From Vicugna vicugna (Eukaryota): a stretch of 64,000 bases of DNA. The position numbers and the translations under genes are program-made. Positions 49,272 through 62,153 of this stretch are shown in pieces. The DNA is taken from assembly GCA_013265495.1 (NCBI GenBank), contig MU058824.1, positions 1,205,111-1,269,110 on the forward strand, given 5' to 3'. Every line of letters starts with the position of its first letter. Positions within the stretch are counted from its first letter, which is position 1. The notes under the pieces are model-generated. The model was not told the DNA's origin. It worked only from the letters and a program-made list of their open reading frames with translations, and did not search any database.

Positions 49272-51797
49272 CTGGAGAGAGAGAGAAAGCCAAGGTCAAA
49301 CACTGCAAACCCCGCTCTGGCATTTGCATGCCCAGGGAGCCAGAGTCTCGTCCCAGGGGGCCCGTGGCAGGAGGGGCGAGGTCATGGAGTCAGGCATTCC
49401 CTGGGTGCTGGAGCCTCCTTTTGTCCCCACTTTGGGAGCCCCCTGAGCTCCTCAGCATCCCTCAATGCAAGGCCTTCAGTTGGGGGTCCCAGCAAGTAGC
49501 TGAGCTGAGGTGAGACCTGCTGGCCAAACAACTCTGCGGAGGGAAAGCCCAAAGCTTTAAGACGACAAGCCATGTCAGTGTTGGCCTGGCCACCCTCAAG
49601 CACTCTTGGCCTCCATCCTGATCGATCAGGATTGATACAAGTGAGAGGTCAAGCATTTGGACAAGTGACGTACCCAAGCCACGAAGCTGGGCCAGCCATT
49701 AGCTTTGCTACTGCGTGTAATCAAAGACAAGCACACAGGAGTCAATGGTGGTAATAATTAATAAGTGGGGATTATCATTAGATTTGGGGGTGATTCTGGA
49801 CTTCCCATTAAGTGCAGGGGTCTGGAATCCAAGCTGTTCAAGATAAGGTTCCTTCACAGTCCATTCCCAGATCCCTGCATTTCTTTTTTTTCTTTATTAA
49901 AACAGGGCCACCTGCCACCCTGCTTTTAATAATCCACCATCATCTCTTTCTCAGTTAATACGCAGGATCAAAATGACCCCTCTGACATCAGATCCTCCCA
50001 TGTTTTGGGTGGAGGGTCACAAGCTGCTCCGGGGTCACCAAGAGAAGATGGGGAGAGGGGACAGGGATCTTCCAGGAAAGACATTTCTAAGTTAAGGATA
50101 AAGGCAGCAGTGCCAAGCTGATATCTTACAGCTATGCTGATAAAATTCCTCTACTTCAGGGTGAGCTGTAAATTAAGGTATCAGAAAGGGGCTGAAATTA
50201 GAAGGGGCTTGTGAAATACTGGATGTGAGAGGAAGTATTTCTGTTTCAAGTGTCAGATTTAGGGGCTAGTCAAGAAATGTCCACACCCCAGCTTGCACAG
50301 TGTCCAGCCAGGCAACGTGAAATCAAAACCCAAAATGCTCTCAGCTCATCTTTGGTTTCTTCTAAGTAACTTCCTGAACCCCAAAGGCCGCGGCCACTGC
50401 AAAGGGTCCTAGCACAGGTTGCAGTAATTGCAGTAGCATTTTTACAACAGTCTTGAGTTTTTCAAGTGCTGCCCTGTGGTTGGGTCATTTGAAGCCTGAA
50501 ATCCTGTTTGCTGGGAGGGGCTTGGGGCACTAACTCATGGTGGGACCTCGCCTCTCTGGGCTGCAGTCTCCCCTTCTCCATGGTGGGAGGCAGCCATCTC
50601 CCAGGAGGGTCCCTCCAGCACTGACATTTTAGGTTTCCCTTCAAGCCACTGATGTAAACATGACCTGGGCAGCTGCTGTCCTCACGTAGTTCTGGGAGCC
50701 AGCAGGTCCCTTAATCACCTTACACAGGTGGGTCCTGTCCTCTGTCTTCCAGGCCAGAACTCCCAGGCTCTGGGCTGCAGACTTGGCTGTCTCAAAGTTT
50801 AGACATGGACAGATGTCTGGGCAAACACTCAGCCGAACTGCGTCATTTTAAAGCCTCTGACCCAAGCCCCAACACCACTCCTAACAGGCATCAATTACGA
50901 ACCCACTTCAAGGAATCTTTCTAAATTATAATTTGCAAGCTCCCGAGAATGGAGGGCCACGCCTGTCTAGTCCACCCCTGTGTTCCCAGGGCCTCACAGA
51001 GTACTTGGCACTTGGCAAGTCCTCGATAAATATTTGTCGAATGAATGGGAGAATGATTATGCACAATTCCGTGACTAACGCCTGTGCACGGGGAGAGGCC
51101 CACCCTCCCTGGGTTTCCACAGGGAAATAGGTCTCTAATATGGATGAGACCTCAGGGACAGTGCCACTGACTAGCTGGGCGACCAGGCACAGGCCTGACC
51201 CCTTTGGGGTCACAGTACCTGTACCTGCTGCCTGGTGGTCAGGGGACGTGTGTGACAGTCCCAGCTCCTTCAGTCACATGTCCTTAGGTCAGTGAGCTTG
51301 TTTGAGTCACAGTTTGTTTCCTCATTATAAAGGGGAGAGAAAGTCCCTCGTCTCAGGGTTGTGTGCTGTGCAGTAACACGGTAATTGAGAAAGGACAGTT
51401 ACAGATTTTAGCCCACAGCTCCCAGTGCAAAGAGCACTGGTTGGAATTGCTTTTTCACTCTCACCTGTATTTTAAGGGATATATTTCCCCCCTTTTTATA
51501 TCACTCCAAGCATGAAGCTAACATGCTAACAGGAAGCTAACAAAAGACACCGCTTTTGACTGCATTAAAAGAAACACTGTCAGCATGTGTGCCCTTAGAA
51601 CACCCAGTGTGTTTCAGTACCGCGGTCTGCTATCTAGAAGCCTCGAGTCACTTAAGGGTCCATATGTAGGCGATAGAAGATATCAAAGAGGACACTGATG
51701 GATGGAAGGGGCTCAAGACAAAAACATCTTCTCTGAGTTGCTTTTTAAGCCAAAGTCTGCTCTTTAAGGCAGTAACTCTTCAAAAAAAGCTACTTAC

Positions 51798-51839
51798 TAG
51801 AGTTTTGCAGTGTGGCCGGACTGGTATCGGGAAGATGGC
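51798..51839 (-). CDS. COL15A1: COL15A1 exon (~30): AIFPIPVRPHCKTL
   Basis: AG/GTAAGT boundaries, 42 nt; matches human AIFPIPVRPHCKMP. Confidence 0.95.
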
Positions 51840-51966
51840 CTGTGGGAAGTGAGAACAAGAGGAAAGGGAATCAGGACACCCGACGGATGCCAGCTTAGGC
51901 CACTCTGGGGCCATTCCCCGCTCCCCTGCAATGGTCCCTCCCCCTCCCTCCCCTCCCCCAACTTAC

Positions 51967-52035
51967 TCCTTTGATGTTAATCACAGCTCCAGGTGGTCCT
52001 GGGGGACCTGGAGGACCAGGTAAGCCAGGTGGGCC
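51967..52035 (-). CDS. COL15A1: COL15A1 exon (~29): [23 protein letters not shown]
   Basis: AG/GTAAGT boundaries, 69 nt. Confidence 0.96.
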
Positions 52036-53446
52036 CTGAGGAGGGGAAAAAAAGGCCACTCCTGAGTTCAGGTTGCTGTCAGTGCAGAGGCAGCTGCAGG
52101 ACCCGTCCCCACGGTTTGGAGACACGACAAGGAAAGAGGGTCCTCTAAAGGCAGCTAATTCTTCCCACAGTAGGCCAGTCTCTTCCCAGAGCACGTCGAC
52201 ATTCCTGGCCTTGCTGCATCGTCACAACGGCAGAGCAAGCATTACTGCTGTTTTACATGTGAAGATAATGAAGGCCAGAGAAGGGTTGTGACCTGCTTAA
52301 GCCCACACAGCAAATCACTGCAGAACAGAGACTGGAAGCCAGATTCTGACTCCCAGAGCCGTGCTCAGCAGACATGGAGCCCACCACCTCCATTGGCGCA
52401 TCCCTTGTATGGAAGGGTAGGTGGGGTGGGACTTCCCTGGATACGGTGCCTGGGAGAGTCCTCCATAAATGAACAATAAACGCCAACTCCTGTTAGATGG
52501 CAGAGTCACTTTCCAAGCCAGGTCAGCCTGGCCTTGACACTGTGTAATGTTTTCTTTCTCCGCCCAGCCTGGAGCCCAAGCAACAGAAGGTGGTGGTAGT
52601 GAGGCTCTGACCGCAGGTGAGAGGCATTTAGCCCGCGCAGAAGCTCCACGTGATCACTCAAGTGGCGACATCAGCATCTGCTGCACCTGCCGCCCCAGCG
52701 GGCCTGGCAAGCATGAGTCAGTCCCCAGTGACTCCATACAGCTGCTTTTCTGGGCATACGAGGTGGAGACCGTGTGGTGCAAACAGAAGCAGCAACACAG
52801 TTCTAGCTGCATTGCATCTAGCAAATGGGGGACCTTCTAACTTCTACCGGCCCCAGTTTCCTTTTGTGTAAAACAAAGACCCCACAGAGTGTCTCTCAGG
52901 AGAGTTATTATCAAGACTCAGATCCTGTCCTCAAAAGCACTTTGTAGAGTGTCTGGTACACAGTAAGTGCTCAATAAACATTAGCTCCCTTTTTTCAGAT
53001 GCTGGACCCTGCTGATGCTCCAGTGTTTGATATCTTGTAAGGCCCTGCCTGAGCTGCTCACCTATCTTCAATATTCTCTCATGAATGCTTACCGAGGCCC
53101 AAGCGATGTGTGGGCCCCCTGGGACTGAGTAATCAGGGAAGACGGGATATTACCCAAGTCAGAAGACCCGGGATTTGCAACCAGGCATCTTGAGGATGTC
53201 AGATCGCTTTCTCCCACCCTCCCTCTTGGGCTGGATGAGGAAGCCTATGCTCCACTAAGGTGGATTTGGTGGTAGGGACCTCCTGAGAGCGAGCTGGAGG
53301 ACACGGTTGGGTTGGAGGATCTTTGGAAGAAGATTACTGAGCATTCTGCCCATGAGCCCTGCTCACTGGACCTGGCACTTGCCCACCCCTCATCTGGACA
53401 CCAGCCTCTGGGCGGCGTGGGGCTGGGGTGCAGGTGTGGCACTCAC

Positions 53447-53506
53447 CGGCATCATGACCCCTCGATCTCCTTTGGTGCCTTTAAGGCCATTCAGTCCTGG
53501 GCGACC
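53447..53506 (-). CDS. COL15A1: COL15A1 exon (~28): GRPGLNGLKGTKGDRGVMMP
   Basis: AG/GTGAGT boundaries, 60 nt. Confidence 0.96.
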
Positions 53507-53606
53507 CTGAAACCCACAAGAGATGCCTTAGTAAACCCACCGCCCACAGGCCAGCCTGGCACACGTGTCCTCCCTCCCCTGCAGTCTGAGGAACCCTGAC
53601 ACCTAC

Positions 53607-53660
53607 AGGTCGTCCAGGGAGGCCAAATTCTCCTTTGTGTCCTGGTGGTCCTTTGGGCCC
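53607..53660 (-). CDS. COL15A1: COL15A1 exon (~27): GPKGPPGHKGEFGLPGRP
   Basis: AG/GTAGGT boundaries, classic 54-nt collagen exon. Confidence 0.96.
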
Positions 53661-53692
53661 CTGGAGGCAAAGCAAATACCAGATTAGAAAGA

Positions 53693-54082
53693 GAAAAATA
53701 CTGTATGATGTTACTTATGTCTGGAATCTAAAAAATCCAAACTTGTAAAACCAGAGAGTAAAATGGTAGTTACCAGGGGCAGGAGGGTAGGGGGAACAGG
53801 AGAGGTGTGGTTTAAGGTACGAATTTGCAACTAGTAGACAGCTGGGTCCTGGAGATCTAATGCATAGTATAGTGAATATGGACAACACTGTATATGTTGT
53901 ATATAATCATCAAACTCACTAAGAGCCTAGATCTTATTTATTCCAACAACAAAAAGGAAGTGATAATTATGGGATGTGAAAGCTATCTCTACGATGGCAA
54001 TCATAATATATAAATGTATCAAATCAACATGCCCATCTTAAATGTACACAATGCTGTATGTCATATATATTTCAATTTAAAA
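53693..54082 (+). mobile_element. 5'-truncated L1MA-type 3'UTR fragment
   Basis: AAATACTGTATGATG...TGGAATCTAAAAAA...GGAGATCTAATGCATAG...; candidate TSD AGAAAGA at 53686-53692 and 54083-54089. Confidence 0.85.
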
Positions 54083-54974
54083 AGAAAGAACAGAAATTCA
54101 AGGGCCAGGGTGATGGGGCATGTCCATCCAGCCTGTCTCCGTGGGCACTGGTGACAATGAACCATGGATAGGACAACGGAGGGCAAGGAGCAGTCATGAA
54201 GTGTCCACCTACCTGGCTCCTCCCCCTCCCCCACATCTCTGCTCACACCTGGACCCACTTGCTCAGCCTCTCCTGCAGGCTCTACTCCATCTCAGACTCT
54301 GGACTCAACCCTCTCAGCCAGTCAGGGCTAATGAAAGAATAAGAGGTCAGCTTGGGGCCTCAGCTCCCAGGTAGCCATGTGCAGGGCCAGCTCAGAACAA
54401 AGAACTTCACCCTAGGTCTTATGTCCCAGGACTCTCCATGTCCCCCATTGGAATAACGCAGCCCTGCCTTGCCCCTCATGCCAGCCTGGCCAGATAACCT
54501 GCTCCAGGATTTGTTTCCTGCCTTGCTCCAGAGTCTTGGCCTGACACCCCACTTCTCCAGATGAGTCCCTAACCCATGGACCCCGTTGTGGTGCTAGCTT
54601 TCTGTGTCCACATGCTCCCACAGCCGCTGTTCCAACCACCTGCAAGAACCCTCCTGCCCTCCAGTATCTGGGATGCAAACAGTGCACTACTTGTTCCCCG
54701 ATCAAGCTCAGCCTCCAGTCTACACCCTCCCTTTCCTGTAGCTGGATCTGTCCTGTCTCCCAGGGGAACCACTGGTTTCAGCCTTGGGCCTGTCAAGTCC
54801 TTTCTTCCTGGTGCCATTAACATATATAACATACATAACATGCCCTGAAAAATGGCAAATAAAAACTGTGTTGAGATGGGCTCTCTATGTAAAGCACCCC
54901 ACAGGGGTTACTCTTAGGAAAAGAAAAGCACAGAGTTAACAGGGCACAGGCCACACGGTGGTATGTACCAGTGC

Positions 54975-55125
54975 AGGGCTTCTCAATCAGTGTGCATAGG
55001 ACTCACCTGGATCTTGTCAAAGTGCAGCTATAGTAGATCTAGGGTGGGGCCTAAGCTTGGCTTTAGCAGCAAGCTCCCAGGTGATGCCCATGATGCTGGT
55101 CCACGGGCCATGCTTTGAGTAAGGA
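54975..55125. mobile_element. MER5A-like relic, internally deleted
   Basis: CTTCTCAA...TCACCTGG...GGGTGGGGCC...CAAGCTCCCAGGTGATGCC...GCTGGTCC...CTTTGAGTA. Confidence 0.65.
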
Positions 55126-55689
55126 GGCTCCAGTGAATTTGTAAAGGAGTCGTAAGCTATACTGGCACGAGGGAAACAGACAGCCCATATGGCATCTTAT
55201 GCAAATTAGAAGAAGGTGCCCCCTACTCTCCATGCTTGGCAAGCTATGCACAGCTGGGCTTTGGTGGGGAACGACCACCCTGGCCGTCTACAGCAACCTG
55301 CTCCCCACCACTGCTAACAATGAGTATTTCCCACCATATTGGAGGTTAGTAAGTGGCTGACCAGTGGTTAACACAAGACTCTCCCATGCTGCCTTAGCCT
55401 TCAGCTAGGGCCAGGGACACCTCTCCAGGGCATCCAATCTGCCTGACTTAAGAGACCAAAGGACTTAGATGATGCTTTGAAGATGTACCTTGGAGGTTAT
55501 GGACCCTTCGTCAAGGACACATGCCTGTTAGATCAATGTGAGGTCCTTTCTCCCCAGGCCTGAGCTCCAGCTTTAAACAAACCCCACATTCAGACCCCAA
55601 TGTGCAATTCTCCAGCCTAAAATATTTCAGAAGAATGAAGGTGTTAACTGGAGGCAGTGAGGTTTGCAGGGAAAAACCTGGACACAGAG

Positions 55690-55890
55690 TCTGATAGGCT
55701 GGGTTCAAATCCCCACCGTGCCACTAACAAGCTATGCGGCAGTGGGCAAGTCACTTAACCTCTTTGACCTCAGTTTTCTGGTCTATAAAATGGAGGCTCT
55801 GACATTCATCTTTTTGGGTGGTAAAAGTGAAATGAGATGACCTGTGTTGAAGCATCAATACAGTGTCTGACCCACAGTGGAAGTTCTACA
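55690..55890 (+). mobile_element. MIR SINE
   Basis: GGGTTCAAATCCC...GGGCAAGTCACTTAACCTCTTTGACCTCAGTTTTCT. Confidence 0.8.
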
Positions 55891-56699
55891 ACTCAATCTT
55901 CTTTGTTCTTTGGGGAGAAATATATGACAGGGAAGTTTAGGACTCATTGGGGAGAGAGCTGGAAGCTTAAAAACTGTTTAGCAGCCCAAATGTGCTACAG
56001 ATTCCTGGAGCAGTAAGGCAAGCAGGGCCCTATCATGTCACCTCGTACTCATTAATACCCCCACTTACAGATGGGAAAACAGAAGCCCAGAGAGAGATGA
56101 GGACTTGTTCAGGAACCTTACAGCAAATGAGCAGCAGATCCAGGACATGAATCCAAAAAGCCCAGGTTCCCTGGCAATCTTTAGCTGGCAAGACCTGTAG
56201 TGTAACTGTGAGTGCTCACCACCGTCTGCTTCTCCTCGCCTTCCTGGACACAAAGCTGAATCATCTTTCTGAGACCTTCCCCCAACCCTGCCACACCCTA
56301 CCAGGCATCTGAGGTCGTGCCAGTAGAATGTGCCCCAAATGAAGTTCATCACCCTCCATGGTCTCTTCCCCTCCCCAACCTGAGAGCTGGAGGCTGCCAG
56401 TGCAGCCATGAGTCCACAAGATAGCAAAGTCACAGGATACAAGCACCCTGGGTCCCTGAGTCACTGCTTGGAGGGGAGATGCCCAGCTGGGAACAACCAC
56501 AGTGGATTTTGCAAGAGTGAGAACTAAGCCGCTGTTGCACTAGACCACTTCATTTAATTGCAGTTAGTCTACCCTGACACACACACATTTGGCCACATCC
56601 TTTTTATTTTCATGACTAGAACAACTCAATCTAGTTGAGCCAAAGTATGATAAATGCTTCAAACCCCAGTCTGGACGCAGCTGAGAGACACTGGCTTAC

Positions 56700-56735
56700 C
56701 ATCGGTCCTGGGGCTCCGTGCGCTCCAGGTTCACC
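56700..56735 (-). CDS. COL15A1: COL15A1 exon (~26): GEPGAHGAPGPM
   Basis: AG/GTAAGC boundaries, 36 nt. Confidence 0.95.
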
Positions 56736-56843
56736 CTGAAACAGGGAGACACAGACTTGTCACTCGGAGAAATAGTCTGGAGCAGAAACAATGATGGGAC
56801 TCTGAGGCAGAAGTGCGCCTTCAGGGTCTGGTGACATCATTAC

Positions 56844-56912
56844 CTTTTTGCCCCTCAGCCTTTCCAGAGGAACATCCCCCGTCAGGATGGCACCTGGCTC
56901 TCCCTTCTCGCC
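56844..56912 (-). CDS. COL15A1: COL15A1 exon (~25): GEKGEPGAILTGDVPLERLRGKK
   Basis: AG/GTAATG boundaries, 69 nt. Confidence 0.96.
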
Positions 56913-58693
56913 CTGCAATTCAGAGAACCTTTCGATGAGGTCGGGCCTCCACCTTGCCTCCTTTTCCAGAGGCTCGCTAGGGCCTCAAAGTCCCACCGCC
57001 ATGATTTCTCTGGCCTCCATCCCGCCCCTCCAACCCCACTGCCCCAATGTAACCTTTAGCTAGAGTATTATTACAAAAGCCTCCTAAGTGATTAAATGTT
57101 CTCTGGACTGGTCCCTCCAGGCACCATCAGAGTTACTGTCTGAAAGCACAGGCCGGGGTCCTGCACGTACCCCCAGGGCTCCTGCTGCTGCCAGGTCAGC
57201 TCCCACTCTCCACCCTGCAGGAACCAGCCCAGCATGTGGCTCCCCTCTGGGAACCTCTGGTTCCAAATCTATTTGGTAGCTTGCTTTCCTAACAACTTGA
57301 CTTGAGATCTGTTCCTGCTCAGAATCCTGCTTCTTATTAAAACATCTGAATTTGGGAAAGACATGAGAGCATGAACAGTGGAGGCCTCTCTCAACACCGG
57401 GGCCCTGAGTCTCCATGTGCTCCAAACTCCATGCTCCTGTGCACTTACTTGATCAGGGAAAGTCATCTCAGTTGCTGGGAAATGGGGGAGATGTGGAGAC
57501 CGGTGGCAGGGACACAGGATCCTGCCCCAAATCCTGTCCTCATCAGGGCCATCTACTAGCTCAGGAGGCTTCCGAGGAGGTATGTATCAGAAAAGGCCAG
57601 GGTGAGGGGCCATTCAAGGATTTGGCCCCAAACTTCAATGCTGGCCCCTGGGGAGCCAGGCTGGACTACACGGAAGTCCCCCTTCAACAGAGCTGGAAGC
57701 AGCCAGGGCCGTGGTGCCAAAGCAAGCAGAGCAGCCTCTCCTCTGCATCTCCCTACGCCCACCCCTGATATTCAGATCTTACCACTCCGCTGATGAGGAA
57801 GAGCGGTCCTGGGCACGCCAGCAGCAAGAAGAAGCAGGCACAGAAGCATTAGAGGCAGAGTGAGAGAAAGCGTGTTTGCTGCAAAGGTCGGAGCAGAACT
57901 GCCTGGGCGCCCATCCCAGTTTCCAAGATGGCAGAGGATTAGGGGTGGGGATGGCACAGGTCCTTTTAGACCCAGCCAACCTTGCCACATAGAAAATAGA
58001 GTGTTTAAAGCAAAAGCCACTCTTGCTTGACCAAGCCTCCTCCCAAGCCAGAGCTACCCGGGCCCTACACCATCTCCACAGGGCCGTGGCAGCAAAAAGC
58101 ATCTCGAGACATTGCCGCATGTAGTGTCAAACTTAGACCCTTCACTCAGCACGCTGAACCTACCACCCACTGGAACTGTGGCCCAACCAACACTGGAGTG
58201 TCTCTCCTCCTTTGGGGGGCTAGTATGGAAAGGGGAGGGGAGGAAGGAAAGCAAGCAGCCTAACACTCCCTCCTCTTAGAGACACACCCACCCTCCTTGA
58301 CCTGAAGGCAGGCTCAGGGGTTGCTCCCACTGGCTTTGTACAGACCCCCATTACAGCAGTGGCCATGCTCCTTGCTGGCTCTCTGCATGTCTCCCCGGTG
58401 CCCAGTGCAGGAAACTTAGGGAATGGACGTGAGTTGGATGAGTACATAAGTCGACAGATGAATAAATGAATGAATAAATCCAATCCAGGGGCTCTGCAAT
58501 CTGTTTATGGATGTCACTGTCCCCTTATCTACAAAAACCAACTGGGACGTTAATTCTAAGAGGAAAACGTGGAAGGGTACAAAGGTCAGGTCAGTGCCTT
58601 TGGAATTCTCAGGAAGTGCTCTGCATTCAGAATATTTATTCCAAAGATCCTGGACCAAGTCTGCCATTCAACTGCAGAATGCCCCGACTTCTT

Positions 58694-58725
58694 ATAATAA
58701 TAATAATAACAGTAATAATAATAAT
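58694..58725. repeat. (AAT)n microsatellite
   Basis: Seen directly. Confidence 0.85.
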
Positions 58726-59293
58726 TTAATAACATAATTTCTAAACATTAGCATTCATTATATCCATTACTTATACATTCTTTCACCCAACAAATGTTTT
58801 GAGTGTCATTTGTGCACCCGGCTCAGTGCTAAGGAGCTACAGTAAAGGAAGTGGACGCAGCCGCCCTCAGGGAGGGCACACTGTCATGGAAGGGCCCCGC
58901 AGGTGGCGAGACAAAGCACAGCACATGTGGGAACAGCATTCAGGGAGGGTTGATTGAGTTCCCTTTCCAAATGATGATGAAAATCTATTTCTCTACCCAC
59001 CCCACCTTCACCCAGAGGAAACCCGAGGTCATGAAAGTGCACAGCTGGGGAGTGACTGCTACTAGACAGAGAGGTTCTTTGGGCATGTTCTAGTATTCGA
59101 TAGTGGTGATGGCTGCACAACTTCATGAATATACTAAAAATCACTGAATTTCACAATTTAAAATGATGGATTTTATGGCATGTATGTGAATTATAGATCA
59201 AATTTAAAAAAAATGATAGCTACTCTCAGCCCATTTGAAATATTTAGCAAATTCAAGGGCACGATCCTACCCAGATACCCAGGCCCCTCTTAC

Positions 59294-59356
59294 CTGTTCT
59301 CCTTTTAGTCCCGGAAATCCAGGCACACCAGTGTCACCTTTTGGTCCTCTGGGACC
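59294..59356 (-). CDS. COL15A1: COL15A1 exon (~24): GPRGPKGDTGVPGFPGLKGEQ
   Basis: AG/GTAAGA boundaries, 63-nt Gly-X-Y exon. Confidence 0.96.
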
Positions 59357-61242
59357 CTGGAAGGAATCATTTGAGGATATTTAGTTGTTTGTTAATATTA
59401 AAATGCTTTAACCAAATGGAGTTTTTTTTTCCCCCCAAAACTAGAAGACTTTGCAATTCCCCTGGCAGGTGGAAGTCACAATCAGTCATAATGTTTTCCT
59501 GATTTCAAGTGGTCTAGAAATTGTAGTCTGGTGGAAAGAAGACAGAGTCGAGTGTTAGGAGGCCCGGAGGCCACATTCCTCTCTGCCCTGTGGTTTCCTC
59601 CAACTGGCACCACTGAAACAGCCTGGTCCTGCTGCCTCTGCTCACCCATAGGTCCTCAGGGCCATCCTACAGCTGCCTCCCCTATCATTCACCCTCCATG
59701 ACTCCCAGTCCCTCCCTGGCTCCCCACTACTTATGGGATGGGAACCAAACCCCCTAGCCTGACACCCAAACGGACCCCAGCCAGCCTCAGCACCTCTTTT
59801 TCCACTCCCCTCCCTCCTCCGGGGGGCGGGGGCGAGCCTTTCCCTTCAGCCTTCCTGCAACCCACCCCCACCCACCGCTGCCTCTGCACTTCTGCTCATG
59901 TCATCCCCTCTGCAGAACCAGTCTGCACACCCAGTCAGAGGGGACCTCGTCTCAACTCCAACAGGCACTCAGTATCTGTGACAGTGATTCACACAGCCAG
60001 ACATCTGCTCCAAAAAAGGGTTTCAACACTTTATTGCGATCTAGCTCTTACACGTCCCTATCTTCTGGGTTAACACAATGGCCTTCAAATATTTGTTATT
60101 CTTTTTTTAGCTATGAAACTCTTTTCATTCTTTTTTTAAGTAAAATTTTACACAAAAGCCCAATGTATAAACCAGGTCAAACGGAGCCTCGTCAGTGGTC
60201 TGGATCCTGCTTATTTGGCCCCCTCCTTACTCTTAAAGTGGCCCTGAAGGCTCTTCTGAGGAGCCTGGGGCTCCCTTGGGAACACAGAACCACTCATTTA
60301 GAGGAAAATGCACCTGCAACATGGCCTGGTTTGGGCACAGCCAAGCTGGGGCTGGAGCTCAGAGCCCCAGCTTTTTCTTCTCCTAACTAAGATGGCTTCT
60401 CCATGGCCGCCACCTTCCTCCTCCGTTTTTAATGTCTAGTTTCTGTGTAGTTTTAGTGTCAAAACAGGATATGCTCTTTTCAGAAAGTGCAAAAGTTCAG
60501 AAAAGTATTAAAAAATTGAAAAAAATTACTTTTAATTCCCCCATCAAGAACAAATTTCTGTGTGTTTTTGATAAATTTCCTTCATTTATCCTATGCATTA
60601 GGCCTCTGAGAGATGCAATGTCTCAGAGAAACTGCAGATTTCACTCTGCAGCCTTGGGCTTCAGCACAGGTTCAACCTTTTAGACAAAACTCATCATTTT
60701 CTACACAGAAATGCATTTTCACCTTCCAAGGTGGAAGCCCCATAGTGTGATACACACAGATTATTAATTATTGGACTTCCAGGCTATGATTCCCTTCTCT
60801 CCATCTTCCGTCATCACCAAGCCTCTAGGAACTTTATCTAATTGGGCTGTATCTACTTGAAATGCTTGACTCAGCCACTCGCATTCACTGGAAGCCAAAC
60901 ACTGGCTTCCACTGTGGCTCCAGCTGGCCCTGGGCTAGAAAGAGATGAGCAAGACCCGACCCTCTGCAAGCTGGTCACAGTACAGTCAAGGAAAAAAGGA
61001 TAAGGGCAGAAGTAACTGTTACTCAAGGCAGAAAAGAATGACAGCAGAGGTGAAAGGAAAGCCCTGTGGGACTCCGAGGAGGGAAGCACCACTCCAAATG
61101 GGGGAATGAGGAAAGGCTACTACATGAGCAAGACAGTGCTAGAACTCAGTTGTGCAGATGGAGAGGAACAGCATTCCAGGCAGAAGGAACAGAATGCACA
61201 CAGCCACAGGGCACAGAGGAAGATGGCTACTGCAGTACTTAC

Positions 61243-61278
61243 TGGAAATCCTGGCAGCCCAGGCATGCCCTCAGGGCC
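61243..61278 (-). CDS. COL15A1: COL15A1 exon (~23): GPEGMPGLPGFP
   Basis: AG/GTAAGT boundaries, 36-nt Gly-X-Y exon. Confidence 0.95.
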
Positions 61279-61854
61279 CTGTGACATAGCAAAGAGAAAG
61301 CAGGTGGGTCATGAGCTGCATTTTCCAATCAGCAAGAACACTACACCTCCGGGGCCCACTCCCTCCAGGACCACAAAGTGGGGCTCATGATCCATTTTGC
61401 AGGGGAGAATGCCGAGATCCAGGAGGGGAAGGAACCATGCAGTCCTGCAGTCCCACAACTAGTTAGCACAGAGCCAGAAACCATGCCCAGGAGCTCCCCC
61501 TCTCCCGAGCCAGGACTCTTGGCACTTTTAAGTCCAAGCCTTCTCCTCCATGAAATCGCTCAGCATCTGAAACCTCTGGGGGAATGAATGAAACACTCGA
61601 TCTCAACAAAGAGTCTCAGAAAACCAGTTCCTACACTCAGAGGAGTGGGCCCAAAAGGTGGGCTGGGATGTTTGGGGGTGGAAGTGGGGGCACTTGGTGA
61701 GACTCAGTTCTTTTCCCTCAGTAAGAGCACATGGGGCCAGGACTCTTCTTTCTGCAAGCCCAGATACCCACATACCTATTAAAGCATTAGAGTTTTGCAA
61801 ATATATATACAGAAAGAGATAACTGGATGACCACAGGTTTCTCAATACATTGCA

Positions 61855-62153
61855 CAGTCATCCCTCAGAATCAGGGATATTGGTTCCAGGACCTCCGCGG
61901 GTACCAAAATCTGCAGATGCTCAAGTTGTTTTTATATAAAATGGCATAATGGTTGCACATAGCCTACATACATCCTCTGTATAATTTAAATCATCTCTCG
62001 ATTACTTATAATACCTAATATAATGTAGATGCTATATAAAGAGTTGCCAGACGTGACAAATCCAAGTTTGGCTTAAAATTTTTTTTCAATATTTTCTATC
62101 CAAGGCTGGTTAAATCTGTGGACACAGAACCCATGGACACAAAGGGCTGATAT
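61855..62153. mobile_element. MER2/MER2B-like Tigger (TcMar) MITE
   Basis: CAGTCATCCCTC...TTGGTTCCAGGACC...TTTAAATCATCTCTCGATTACTTATAATACCTAAT...AGGGCTGA terminus followed by TA. Confidence 0.85.

Noticed and set aside
58895..58910. CTCF-like motif CCCGCAGGTGGCG (similar partial matches near 17503 and in the 92-bp unit)
   Set aside because: Imperfect matches that cannot be distinguished from chance without PWM scoring or ChIP data
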